Below, in pieces: positions 46,059 through 57,968 of a stretch of 64,000 nucleotides of DNA. Position numbers and translations under genes: made by a program. The DNA comes from Psammoneis japonica. Taxonomy: Eukaryota. The DNA is taken from the NCBI GenBank assembly GCA_008632985.1, contig QPGO01000031.1, forward strand, positions 372,001 to 436,000, in the 5' to 3' direction. Below the pieces are notes generated by a model, which did no database searches, was not told where the DNA came from, and saw nothing but the letters and a program-made list of their open reading frames with translations. Every line of letters begins with the position of its first letter. Position 1 is the first letter of the stretch.

Positions 46059-49000
46059 ACTTATTGACGTCCTCAAAAATGTTTTAAGAAATGTCTTATT
46101 GTCGGACGTAGTAGTCGTAATGATGTCGACGACTAATGCGAATACACGGTAACCTTCCTTAGCTGGCCACATCAGTCAAAAGGTAGCTTTGTTTTGACGC
46201 ACGAAAAACGGACGAACTCTGTTGAACGACCACCCATTGCGAGATAGTTGCAATGCCACAAAACAATGAAGCGGTAAGTAGAAAACTGTCATGTCAGCAG
46301 GTCGACTGCTCCAATATCGCTGTATTTCGTCTTGAAGAGGTGGAAACTATTCAGCTCTCGGCCACTAATTTCCCAAGTAATTCTCGACAAAATTGCACAG
46401 TGTGCATCCTCTGAATCTGGATCGTATGCGGACAAGCCGTTCATGGATATGAAAATAATGAGAGTGCCCTCTTCTGAACGCTGGTCGACGGAAAGCTGTG
46501 ACGCAACTGCGTGGAACATAAAGGTCATCCCACCTCTTCGGCATCGTTGCACGGCAAGTGCTGCAACCCGTTCTACTTATGCTGTCTTCTGCGCTTGCTT
46601 GATGGACCAGTATAGGTTCACAGCTCCCTCGAATTCACCATGGTTCACTGCATTCACACACCCGTTCTTCAATAATTCTTCATATTCCGATTGAAAGTTT
46701 CTGTCACGACGTGGAGCAATGGGAATCTCGAAAGAAGTGAATAGTACGAGAACGCTCGTTCTTCCCGCTCTACTGTTACGTTGCAATTGAAGACCATGCG
46801 CACCGCAGGCAGAACAGACGAACTCTGTTGAACCACCATCCATCGCGAGATAGTGGCAATGCCACAAAATCAGCAGGCACACAGGCTCAGTAATTTTGTC
46901 GTTTGTTTTTTTTTGTTTGTTGTTGTGATTTTGAATTTGTGAGAAAGAATTCCGGGCCCTGCGCCTGGCAGACGTCGTACGTAGGAATCAGTACTGGTCC
47001 ACGCGGATGAACAGTCGTGACTTGTCATGCTGCTCTCTTCAATCTGCTGCCGCGTCTCGCTGCTGCACTCCTTCATACCACATCTGTTGCTGTCCATTTC
47101 AATCACATCAACATCCACCATGAGTTCAACTGTAATGGTAAACCCTCTCATAATAGGCAGCTTTCACGGCCCAATGTCGAAAAGAGAGCTCAGCCAAGAT
47201 GACGACATTAATTCGTGTCGATCGGATGCAACGACCGTGAAACTCTCCAACGTTCGAACAAAAGCGGTAAGTTCTTTCGATTGTTCGAAGCCCGTTGAAT
47301 TCGTGTTCCATACATCAGTATTGCTATTGTGGAATCGTAGTGAATTTCATAATGCAGTGGAAAACGCAAATGGAAGCTTCCACATCGTTGCCTCGTGGTA
47401 CACACCGTTGACACACGAATTCAGTCTACCAGTACCGCCTTACTGTACATGTTTACGGATGTACAGGTTTTCTACGTAGCATCTGTACCGCGCCGGAACA
47501 AGTGGTTTCATCACGCGCGAGACTTGACGTTTTCACTTTTCCGCGCCGTTCTGTTTCGACGCTGTTGCCTGTTGTGCCATCACAGTTGCCTTTCCAACGC
47601 TCATAGTCTACGTGCTGTCTCATCATGCCGCAGGATATCATTTCTGATGGTAAGTGCCCTGTCGATGCTGTGTCTCACGGAACAAGAAACGGCGTGACAA
47701 CGAAATTGAATCTCACGCTAGCTGCTTTTCCGTTTCTTTTTCAAAATCGAAGACGAGCGACTACTCGAGCTTCTTGAAGATCTCTCACCTACAGTGCAGG
47801 ACCGTGACCGTCTTGTTGCAGTCCTTGTCGGTCTCCGAGCCTGCGTCAATGGGCGCGACCGTGACGGCGTCAATGCTGTTTACACGGTAGCCCAAACTGT
47901 TGCTCCAGAGGACGCAGTCGAACGCCTCTTTGGACTCTCCCAAAGTGATTGGGGGCGGATGGACACTCTCATCGATACGCGTATCCAAGAAATCTTGTCG
48001 GAACGTCGTGTTTTGCCACCGCAAGTCGATGTCGACCAGGGCACCGCCCAATCGTTCTCGTCCCTTAGCAGTCAGGGAGCAAGCAACGGTGGAACGACTG
48101 GACGAGAAGCCGCGTCTACCGGCGCTGTTGTGGTTCGTCGCAGAAATGAGAATGACGAAGATGCCACCACGGCTCGCACAGAACCTACGACTGAGACGCA
48201 AATGTAACGACTTGGGCTGCGAGTCAACCTGAGACCCCAAGTCTTTCTTTGATTCATTGGCGGGCTCTGGAATCTCTGAACTGGTAGGCCTGCGAGTTTT
48301 CGAACCAATGGGTTTACCAGTGCACACGGTAGAATGATAGAATCAAATCTGTAACAATTGTATTGTCTATAGGAGAACGCTTCAATGACTACTGTTTCCA
48401 TTATTATTCGTGCTGGTCTTGGTTGCTCGGCAATGAAGAGTCCTCTCCATGGGAGTTGAGGCCTGCACCACCATTGCAATAGAATGGAAGTCACTACAAG
48501 AGCTGCAACGCGTCAAATGTGGAATGAAATTGGAATGAAGAGCGACTGCTGTTGCTGTCCTTCTTGAACTTTGGCTGGCACCATGCCAACCCTCTACTCT
48601 CTACTGTAGTCGAGCTTGATTTTCATTTGTGAAAAAAAGAATTATCAGAATAGCGAAGTAACCTTCTCAGCGGGGGGTGGACAGGGTAAAAAACCCACCT
48701 TTCGTGTCCTTTTTTTCATGGGCCTGACTGACATTTTGATAGGCCGCACCAACACTAGCCAAAGATCAGATAACGACATTCGAAAAGTGGTTAGAGCACC
48801 TTATAGTCATAGATGGCCACATCGCCCTCACTTCCTACTTGCCAGTCAAGTCACGCAGAACTTATTGACGTCCTCAAAAATGTTTTAAGAAATGGCTTAT
48901 TGTCGGACGCAGTGGTCGCAATGATGTCTACGACTTATGTGAATGTGGCAGCTGGGCACATCAGTCGAAGGATTGCTTTATTTTGACCTTCCTTGGAGCA

Positions 49001-49452
49001 AGGACATCAACTTAGAGGACCTGAGGGTCGAAAGATAACGTGCTAAAGCAAGCTCTAGCTTTAGCTAAGATAGAACTCACACCCGAATGAACCGTTCGAT
49101 TACGATAACGATACTACTGCACGAATCAGAATCTACTCTCTACTTAGTAGAGACTACTCTCTATGTACTCTAGCTCTACTCTCTCTAGTAGAGGCCTAAT
49201 CGATCGATCATCGTGGAGGCCGTCGGTCTTGCTTGGTCAGTGATCCGTGAATGGAGAATGTAATGGTGCACACTTTTTTTCAGAGGCAACAACAAGCCAA
49301 GACATAACATCATGTCGAAACGGCCGTCTCAGAAAGCGCCGCAGTACCATACATAGCCAAAGGTCAGATATCGACATTCGAAAAGTGAAGGATAAAGCAC
49401 CTTCTAGTCATAAATGGTCACAACGCTCTCACGTCCTACTGGCCAGTCACGC
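46059..49452. repeat. Set of short dispersed direct repeats: 46059-46197/48860-48987, 46210-46263/46817-46869, 48755-48858/49351-49452
   Basis: Shared acttattgacgtcctcaaaaatgttttaagaaatg; gacgaactctgttgaac..gcgagatagt.gcaatgccacaaaa; tagccaaag.tcagata.cgacattcgaaaagtg. Confidence 0.85.
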
Positions 49453-49469
49453 ATAATAATTCGCTGACA

Positions 49470-50774
49470 ATGTCATCATCATCATCCACAACAGCAACGT
49501 CTCCTCGGAGAGATCCTCGCGAGGCTGTAAGAAACCTTCCGGAAGAACGAATGACACAGTTTGTGTACAGCTTTATTGAAGCAGCGGAATTTGTAGAGAA
49601 TGCAGCGAGTTTTAGTCTGGAAAAGTGCCTCGAAGCTCAACTTGACAACCCGCATCATGATTGTCTCGACTGCGTTCACAATATCAATGCGTGTGCTTCG
49701 CTTGTATTTGCGCTTCCTGTTCTATCCGATATGATGCTTCCAGTGGATGGACGCGTGTTTCAGATGCTTCCGGGAAGTCCAATGTCATTTCATATAACAT
49801 GGAATGCTTTAGAAGATGACGACCCTCAGGTTCTAGACTTGGAACCGGCTCATTTCATAATTCTCATTGCGGACGTTATTGGCTTGTACATGTGTCGAAA
49901 AGACATGCTAGGTCAAGCGAGAAGAATCGTTCATGAATTAGAAGCTCAGATTGAAGGTGGTTTTATTGATTTTGATGAAATTGAAAATGATGACGGACTC
50001 TATAATTCCATGCAGGAACACGATATAACTTATGCAGTCGCCACGTTGGGATTCAAGATTAATCGCCTCTTGTATCGGCGACCTTCCAATGAACGAGAGC
50101 ACTTGACCATACCGCCGCCGACTGACTCGCAGCTACTTGCGGATTGTCGTCGATTTGCGCGACGACAAAATGAAGAAAAACCGGAGAGTCCGATGGGGAG
50201 TATGAATCTGGGGTGGGTAGAGCTTGAGTGTCAAAAGGTGGCTCTAGCTCATTCGTGGTTCGAGACAAGTGTAAAGCGGGCCGACACTGCAGAGAATGAT
50301 CTCGTCGAATGTACCGCACGCATAGCCCAGGCCTTGACAACTATAATGGGGAGTGGACGGTACGCCCCGGGGATGCAAATTCAAAGAAAGCAAGTGCAAG
50401 AGTTGTATGATGGATTTGTGGAAGGATGTCAAGGTTTGGAGGATTGGCACATGGAAGGCTACGCTCACCAAGAGGCCATTGGCGAAAGCCTTGTCACCGC
50501 TTACTTGAAACGATATACCACTGAAATGACTCCAGCGGTGGATCCTCAATCACTCTTTATGCGACCGAATCCCGGTCGAAAGCCAAACACTCGAATGTGC
50601 AATGGATGTGGCAAGTACTTTGCAAAGGTCAAAAAGTGCGCGGGATGTAAGCGCACGGCATATTGTAGTAGAGCTTGTCATGTAAGACACTGGAAGGCAG
50701 GCCATAAGGAGGAATGCGACTATGGGAAGCGGAAGACTGCTCCGGTGATGACGAAACAAAATGGCAATGGCTAG
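49470..50774 (+). CDS. MYND zinc-finger protein
   Basis: CNGC..KKCAGCKRTAYCSRACHVRHWKAGHKEEC at C-terminus. Confidence 0.9.
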   Translation: MSSSSSTTATSPRRDPREAVRNLPEERMTQFVYSFIEAAEFVENAASFSLEKCLEAQLDNPHHDCLDCVHNINACASLVFALPVLSDMMLPVDGRVFQMLPGSPMSFHITWNALEDDDPQVLDLEPAHFIILIADVIGLYMCRKDMLGQARRIVHELEAQIEGGFIDFDEIENDDGLYNSMQEHDITYAVATLGFKINRLLYRRPSNEREHLTIPPPTDSQLLADCRRFARRQNEEKPESPMGSMNLGWVELECQKVALAHSWFETSVKRADTAENDLVECTARIAQALTTIMGSGRYAPGMQIQRKQVQELYDGFVEGCQGLEDWHMEGYAHQEAIGESLVTAYLKRYTTEMTPAVDPQSLFMRPNPGRKPNTRMCNGCGKYFAKVKKCAGCKRTAYCSRACHVRHWKAGHKEECDYGKRKTAPVMTKQNGNG

Positions 50775-51288
50775 AGACTAAGTTGCAGTTGACAATAGTT
50801 CTCTTCGTCATTTTCTTACTACATACAGTCCTTGGTATATAAGGATTATCGCTCGTCCTTGCTGTTGCATTCTTTGCTAACAGTAATAGTAGGGCCTATT
50901 CTACTCTAGCTACCGTACTACTCTCTACTAGTAGCTAGCTAGACTAGTTATGATAGTCCCAAGTCAGCGACGCCCGAAAGCGCGGCCGTTTCACACAAAT
51001 TGTGAAGCGGATTGGAGGCAAGACGAATTTTGAAAATTTGCCTTGACGTCACGAGTCACGTAGAATTCCACGCATGATCCTGGTACACAAAAGATGAATG
51101 GACCGTGACGACCACGCACAGACGACGAGCGACGATGGCGGTGCGTGCGGCCGCGGTGCGGTGGGTGGTGGTCGGTGATGGTGATACAGTAGAGCGTTGA
51201 GCGTTGCTGCTCAATGCGGAGCAGCGTCTACTTACTGTAGGAATAGGAGGCTGACGGATTGTCCAGCTTACCTAGACTTTAAATCGCA

Positions 51289-52830
51289 ATGAGTACAGCC
51301 TTTGGGGGACGAGGTGGAGGTGGCGGAGCCTTTCCTTACCGCAGTGCCCACCAGCAGGGAACCGATGGGAATGATCGTCAGCGACAAAGACGAAGACGAC
51401 GCAACAAACGAACACCCCATTCACTGCTATGTACTGCAGCTATAAGTATTCCTGCGGAGCGAAGAGGTTGGCTGATTGGAAAGGGTGGGGCTACGATTCG
51501 TGGTGTACAAGAATGCACAGGAGCTACAGTCTGGGTGCCGAATCGCGGAGGGAGCTTTCGTGGAAATGTGGATGATCGACGAGTACGCGTCAAAGCAAAC
51601 AACGTGGCGAGTTTACTGCATGCTTGCTTCAAGATTGTCTCTCTTGGGCTAAAGAGTAGTGTTGGAGGTGAAGTAGAAATTGCAAAGTGCGAAGTGCAAG
51701 TTCCATCGAATGGGCCGAAACTAGAGGGGTACCTCTCCCGCCAGGCCCAATTCATGACGGGTGAAATCATGTCTGCATACTGCATTGAATCTTTTCTTGA
51801 TGTGGAGGAAATTGATACGCTGGTGGATAACGAAAGATTTTCCCATCCAGAAGTTACTGCTGGCTGTGAAACTGTGTACCCCGAGAGAGATGGGGAACCA
51901 GCCACACTCGTTTTCGTTTACGGATCTCCTGATCAACACCCTGACCGCCTATACAATGCTCTCCATGATTCGTCGACCACAATATGGACTCGAGAATGTC
52001 TAGAGAACATATCTCCTATGAAACACAGCGAGGAGACAGGTTCTGTAACAGTGGGAACGTACAATCTCCTCTTTCCCGCATATGCTGAGAAGTATCGACA
52101 AGCTGCAGGGATTGACTGTCACGGAAAGAGCAACTTGGCCATACGAATGTCAGCGATTGTTCGGATTCTCTTAGAAGCCAATCTTGATATCTATCTACTT
52201 CAAGAAGTACAGTTTGAGGCATTGATGGATGTAAAGCCTCCCCTCCTTACCGACGAGTATGAAGTTATCCACTACAAGCATCCGCAAAGGAATGCAAATG
52301 ATGAGACGCATGGTAACGATGGCATTGCATTACTCATTCGCAAGACGGGTTTTATAATTCAAGAACAGGCAATGGTTCCTTTCCTTTACAAGGAGGATAA
52401 CTCGCAAGAATACATGTGTGCGGCAACTGCTCTGATTCAAGACACGAGCACCCAGGTGCGTTACCTGGTTGTGTCGACGCACTTTTACACTAAGAAGGCT
52501 CTCAACCCTCAATCCACACTAATGGAGTACCTTGATAGTCGGCGGGGGGACTGTGATGCAGTCATTTGGGGTGGTGACTGCAATGACGAATACAAACAAG
52601 GTTTTCCCAAAGGCTACCGTGTCGTTGATGAGGGTCATTGCGCCACTCGTGGTCACAAGCACATTGACTGGATTTTCTTTTCACCCAGTCTAAAAGGCTC
52701 GAGATCACCGCGTACAAGGGCGTTTGTTGATTCCACAATGGAAAAGTTGGACCCTACGGGTTATCCTCCGTCGGATCACAATGGTGAAGCGATTACTCTC
52801 CAGTTTGTTTCAGAGGAATTGGAACATTGA
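51289..52830 (+). CDS. KH domain + endonuclease/exonuclease/phosphatase (CCR4/nocturnin-like) protein
   Basis: GWLIGKGGATIRGVQ (KH GxxG); TYNLL, LLQEV, GGDCN, IDWIF, PSDH. Confidence 0.88.
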   Translation: MSTAFGGRGGGGGAFPYRSAHQQGTDGNDRQRQRRRRRNKRTPHSLLCTAAISIPAERRGWLIGKGGATIRGVQECTGATVWVPNRGGSFRGNVDDRRVRVKANNVASLLHACFKIVSLGLKSSVGGEVEIAKCEVQVPSNGPKLEGYLSRQAQFMTGEIMSAYCIESFLDVEEIDTLVDNERFSHPEVTAGCETVYPERDGEPATLVFVYGSPDQHPDRLYNALHDSSTTIWTRECLENISPMKHSEETGSVTVGTYNLLFPAYAEKYRQAAGIDCHGKSNLAIRMSAIVRILLEANLDIYLLQEVQFEALMDVKPPLLTDEYEVIHYKHPQRNANDETHGNDGIALLIRKTGFIIQEQAMVPFLYKEDNSQEYMCAATALIQDTSTQVRYLVVSTHFYTKKALNPQSTLMEYLDSRRGDCDAVIWGGDCNDEYKQGFPKGYRVVDEGHCATRGHKHIDWIFFSPSLKGSRSPRTRAFVDSTMEKLDPTGYPPSDHNGEAITLQFVSEELEH

Positions 52831-53029
52831 GTGTGTTTGCTCGACATGATCCTAAAGAAAGCGAAGCATAGAGACCATCTATCGAGATGCAGATCTGGTT
52901 CTTTGGCTCAATTTCTTTTTTTGCTTTGGAGAAAGTCGCTAGTCTGGTAAGGAGTGGGGAAGAGCTACTGCTAGCTGGGATGAGAGGTTCGAAGCGTTTT
53001 GATTATCTGGCTATGCGTCAGTTTTTGAA

Positions 53030-54340
53030 TGTTAAGGTTGGAGTGGAAAACAGCGATCGCCGGATATACACAACTCGCATCATTCGTGCATTGAGTCGTC
53101 CTTTACACAATGGCGAAGACGATAATGGCATGCTTTGCCTCATTTATGCTGAAGAACTGACCCCAGGGTCTCGCGGCTCTCCGCAGTTAAGGTCCACCGT
53201 AATTGCTGCCGCCAAACGGCGTGCCAATCATTTCTATATCGACGCTTGCGGTCGATTTTTGAAATCGCTGGTGATAATCGACGCTGGACTGTCCAGTGGA
53301 TGCGGAGAGCCGGTCGCCGACGAACAGGTGCGTCCATGCGTGCAACGAGAACATGGCGAACTGCTTGTACACTCGATCGACGACGATATTTTGCATTGTC
53401 CGGCTCCGAATTGTGGCTTTTCTTGGGTCGTGGCCAATGACACGCATTGGTGACAAAAATAAGCACAAGAACAGGAAGAGCCTCGCACCAGACTTTGGTG
53501 CCGGTTGTGTACTACCATGCCAAGATTGGGAAGGGCTGCTGACAATTGGGTCGAATCGAACCATCTCGGCGCAAGTCACGACAGTTGCCCCGTGGGTTTA
53601 CGAACATTCTTCAAGACGGCCGACAGATGGAATGTGGCAACTGTGGATACATCTTTTGTGGCATTTGTCGCTTTGCATGGAAGTGTGGTCCTCATTCCCA
53701 TTGTGGCATTTCCTGCGCAGAGAATCGACGTCATTGTCGAGCGGTCAACACTATCGAATGTTATGGAATCGCCGTGGCACGTACACCGCTCGTCTTTCTG
53801 GTCGCAACCACATGACTTGTCCGTGTGATACACATGGGTGTTGTACGTGTCGTGGAGAGTGCTGGAGCTTTAGTCAAATTTTTTGTGGCTCCTGACATGC
53901 GACTACGAGGAACCATCAAGGAATTACCTTGTAACATTGCCTTTCTGGGGCAAATAGCAATCGGGTATGACTTTTGACTCTACAAGATAATCATTGTACT
54001 CGCGATTGAAAGGGAAAGAAAGAGGGGAGGGGCGGGCGAGGATCAATGGATGGGCTAAGGTAAGGGTCATCGAAACGTTCTTTCTTGCTTGCTCGCGTTC
54101 GTACCGTACTCTCATTTATGCCTTTTACAATTTGCCTACAGGCATTGCCGAGATCAGCAAGTTCTCATGCACGAGAACGATACTGAGCGACAAGTCTTGG
54201 ATTCAGAGCTCGAAATGACTGACTCCATGGACGTGGATACCGTAGTGTCGCTCAAGGAACAAATACAAGCTCGTGAAGAGTTGCTGGCAACGACTGTCGC
54301 GTCGCCCTTGGCGCACGTGGTGACGACAGTCAGTTGGAAC
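53030..54340 (+). pseudogene. RBR (RING-IBR-RING) E3 ubiquitin ligase pseudogene
   Basis: HCPAPNCGFSW, ECGNCGYIFCGIC, CPHC-like and RNHMTCPCDTHGCCTC motifs spread over shifting frames. Confidence 0.65.
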
Positions 54341-54392
54341 GTGTCCGTGTTCTACATATAGACTATTGGAGGATCTTGCGGAAGTTCTATTT

Positions 54393-55145
54393 TTAATGTT
54401 TCTGTGGTAGAAGAATGCTCCCCCGCAACCTTAGCGGCATTCTCAACAATATCGGAAGAAGCCCCTTCAATGCAGCTCGTGAGATTATCACAACATTCTC
54501 TACGACTAGATCGCGTCCAGCAATTTCCTGACAAATGGATTCAGAAGGAAGAAACATGAAGACCATTTCTGCCGTTTCGCCTTTCTTATCTGTAATGTAC
54601 TTCTTTGCAAGTATCTTGGCACTTCTTTTTACAGCTCTTTCCAAACCGCTAAGCGCTTCTTCGATCTTGTTCGGGTCCTTGGTTTTCTTGGCGTCCAACA
54701 GTTTTTTGTAAGGCTTCACTATGAACTTGGAATCAATGCAAATATTGCCAAAAACAGGGGTGTGCAGGATTGCATCTGGCACCTTTCCGTTGGAAAGTGT
54801 GGGTTTCAATGTGTATGAACGAGACCCGATGTTTGACTCTTTCAAAACACGCTCCAATACAATCTCTCCACTTCTACCAATCTTGTGGGGACAAAAGGAA
54901 GCTTCTTTATTAGCCGCTGCTTCGCGCAAGATACCGACTAGCTCCTTATCCTTCTTCAGCGAAGGTGTCGCCAAGATCTCTTTCTGCACTAGAGATGTAA
55001 ATATTGTTTTGCGTTGCAATCGAAAGACTGACGAAGGAGTAGAGATACAATGACTTATCGGTGCTGAAGGCGCAATCCAGGTCTTTGCCCATATTCTTTT
55101 GCTAGCAAGTGCAGCACCTCTTTGAATCATGGTAATTGACATCAT
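54393..55145 (-). CDS. rmuC: RmuC-like nuclease domain protein, copy 2
   Basis: Same motifs as copy 1; reads through to IISRAALKGLL; upstream ATG of copy 1 is TTG here. Confidence 0.72.
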   Translation of the reverse strand: MMSITMIQRGAALASKRIWAKTWIAPSAPISHCISTPSSVFRLQRKTIFTSLVQKEILATPSLKKDKELVGILREAAANKEASFCPHKIGRSGEIVLERVLKESNIGSRSYTLKPTLSNGKVPDAILHTPVFGNICIDSKFIVKPYKKLLDAKKTKDPNKIEEALSGLERAVKRSAKILAKKYITDKKGETAEMVFMFLPSESICQEIAGRDLVVENVVIISRAALKGLLPILLRMPLRLRGSILLPQKH

Positions 55146-55512
55146 GCTTTCTTTGAAATTGTGAGTGGCTGGAAAAGCACGGGTGAAAAGCCACAATGAA
55201 TTCTCTCTTTTCTTTGTAGACCGGCTTTTGCGTGGTTTGACAAACGCTGCTCAAAATCGCACTATTATAGACTATAGAATGAGGATTTCAATAAACAAAC
55301 TTTGTAGAAGTTACATTTCGTAAACCAAAACCAAACGCCAATGCGCACTTTTCCGCAGTTCGCGGCGGGTGGCGGTATCGCGACCTCGAAAGCTCGAAAG
55401 TCGTCATCGTGCGGAGTCGCGCGCGAAGGCTCGATGCGATTTTTGGCTTCATCGCGGTTCTATTCGTCCTCATTTTTGTTGAGGTATAAAAGAGAGTAGG
55501 TGCGCTCTGACC

Positions 55513-55965
55513 ATGATGGAACGATTCTTGGAGCAAGCCTTTCGACGCGGCGTGATTCCGGCGTGCTGTGGAGGTGCTTCCGTTTGTTTTGCTCTCTATG
55601 CGGTCAAGGTGGAACAAGCTTCCAATGCATGGCAGAAACTGGCACTGCAGCAGCAGCAACAACAACAAAAAGACAACGTTCGTGTGCGTCTTGAATATCA
55701 ACATGCTCAACGTACCGCCTTGGCTCTTTTTCAACATGCCGGGACGTGTGCAGCTCTTTCCGTAACGTCAGCTGCGTTGGCGTGGGAAGCCATATTTGAT
55801 TGGAGGCAGTATCGCCATCTCGACTCGATATTACACATGGAAGAATGGCTGTGGAAACGACGTCCCGCCTTCTTTCTACGCTCCTCTGTTCTTCTAACAG
55901 CAATGGCTTCCATGGGAACAGTCAAACTCGTCTGGGGTGAAATTCGGCTGTGGTACATTCCATGA
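55513..55965 (+). CDS. Small hypothetical membrane protein
   Basis: 150-aa ATG ORF with three hydrophobic segments and poly-Q. Confidence 0.5.
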   Translation: MMERFLEQAFRRGVIPACCGGASVCFALYAVKVEQASNAWQKLALQQQQQQQKDNVRVRLEYQHAQRTALALFQHAGTCAALSVTSAALAWEAIFDWRQYRHLDSILHMEEWLWKRRPAFFLRSSVLLTAMASMGTVKLVWGEIRLWYIP

Positions 55966-56929
55966 GGGAGAAGCAGGTTCGACTTGTTTTGTTCTTGCAA
56001 TGGTAGTGAATCTGGTGTTCAGAAACTCTGAAGCGCATAGTGCCGCCCGTTTTGTGTATACGAGTGAGGGGGTGAAATTGGAGACGTTGAACAGAATAGA
56101 GCTGTCTCTGCCGATGCTCTTGTCATGGGTCCACAAGGAGGAGAGGTTCCAACCCGTGCTAGGGAGAAGGTGTTAGTGACGACATCTCCGCGTTGGGTGC
56201 CGAACGTCAGTCTGATTCCTTGATGGCTCCACCACCTGCTTTCGATGAAGTTAGCACAATTCTTTTGAAAGAGCAAAGATCGTAAATGATGATGAAATGG
56301 CTCGTCTAAAAGAAGGAAAGTTGGATTCTTCGACAGTCGGCTGCACAAGCGGAGGTTGCTCAAGTTGTATCGACGGTACCATATTGTCTTCGTCTCGTTG
56401 CTGAGAAACGAAAGGATGTGCAACGTACCAGTTAGGAAAGGAGGAGGAAACACCGTCATCGCAAAAGAATCATTATAGGCAGAGTTCCTTTGTTGATCGT
56501 GGTGGTGGCTGCATGGGTGGCAGTTCTTATGGTAGTGTCCTTGTCGTCCGCCAACGGCAAGCCTACGACCAAGTCGGAGCTGGTTACTGGATTGAACATG
56601 AGCTTACTTTGTGTTGAGACCGAGTTTAATGATGCGGACTCTGACTTGTGGACCAGCAATACCCAAAGACTCCATCGTGGGTTTTTATAGGCCTTGTTGC
56701 CGGCGGCTATGCAATCTGGAAAGCATCATCAAGGTACAAAATGTGGAAACCGCGATGGAGGTAATAGATTCAAAGATGCGACTTGTGTACAGGGCAACGG
56801 TGGTGACGCAGAGTCGTCGGAAGTTACATTTTAATCAGGTCATGTTGTATACATCCGAGTGCAGCGACGACACAGTTGAAACCTTGGTGACAGAGCCATT
56901 CTGCTGGAAATGGTTGGAAGGGAGTCACC

Positions 56930-57450
56930 CTACTTCCAAAGCTTACGGCCAATCCATCCTCACTTTCTGCGTCTCCTTCTACTCCATCCCCAACTGCTTC
57001 TTCAACTCAATCCCCGACGGCTACTCCACCACATGGCGCATGGAAACCACCTGGACAAATCTTGATGGCAAAGCTGCAGAAGACTTCTTCGGCGGCTCCA
57101 TTGGGATGTCGCACGATGGTGGCATCATGGCGGTAGGAGCACCGCAGCGTGAATCTCATCACAATCCCAGTTTTGTTTCCGTTTTGCAATTTGATCAATC
57201 CACCTAGCGATGGACATTCATGGGTCAAGAAGTGGTGGGAGAGAACGGTGATGATAACTTTGGTGAACCCGTGGCATTAAATGGTAACGGCACTATCTTA
57301 GCTGTTGGAGGCTACTTGAGCGATAGTGGGGGAGGTGGTGCCGGCCATGTTCGAGTGTTTGAATACAATTCCACCGCGCATGCTTGGGTCCAACTAGGCA
57401 GCAACATTGATGGACAAACTGGCATTGTGGCTATACCGGTAGAAGCCAAC
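56930..57450 (+). pseudogene. FG-GAP-like beta-propeller repeat fragment with in-frame stop
   Basis: FGGSIGMSHDGGIMAVGAP, TAG at 57205, then FGEPVALNGNGTILAVGG..GHVRVFEY..WVQLGSNIDG. Confidence 0.7.
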
Positions 57451-57968
57451 GGAAAGGGCGACTGGCTTGCGGGCCACAGGCGTCGATGCATGCCAGGTGT
57501 TGTTCGAAGCGGCGGGAGCAGGCGGCGGATTCGGTTTTCAGCTTCATCGTAGTTCCCCTTCAAGTAGCGCTACCCATAGTAAATGCTTCGTGCTTTCAAT
57601 GTCCTTTGACAGCCTTTGCTCTAGTTGTAGGCTTCACCACCACACCACTAAAGAACTAACTATTAATTCTGGAATCGTTTGTTAGAGCGCACGCACCTAA
57701 AACAGAACGCCCCGGTGCCACCCCGAGCCCGGCAATTCAATTCAATTCAATCCTAACAATTACCCGACCCTCGTCAGAGCCGGTGCCTATACTAAGCTTT
57801 AGTCACGCCTGAGAGTCCTTTCAATCCACAACCATGGACCATGATGCTGATCAATGCTGAGACGGCTTAGCACATGCGTTTCTTACCTTATCTCTGCCCC
57901 AACTTACTCTCGCGTTAAGCACCTTTTACTTTGAAAATCTAGTTAAATCGCTGTTGTTTGTCGTGACC

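Larger units (their letters stand above)
53028..55362. repeat. Right arm of the inverted duplication (partner 29236-30730)
   Basis: Reverse-complement similarity over RmuC, its upstream region and RBR remnants. Confidence 0.92.

Noticed and set aside
29236..55362. Giant TIR transposon defined by the inverted arms
   Set aside because: No TSD seen, the arms are diverged gene fragments, and the interior holds housekeeping genes.
57734..57751. (AATTC)n microsatellite; also (AAACGAT)n at ~23372 and poly-G at 11401
   Set aside because: Ordinary short simple repeats.
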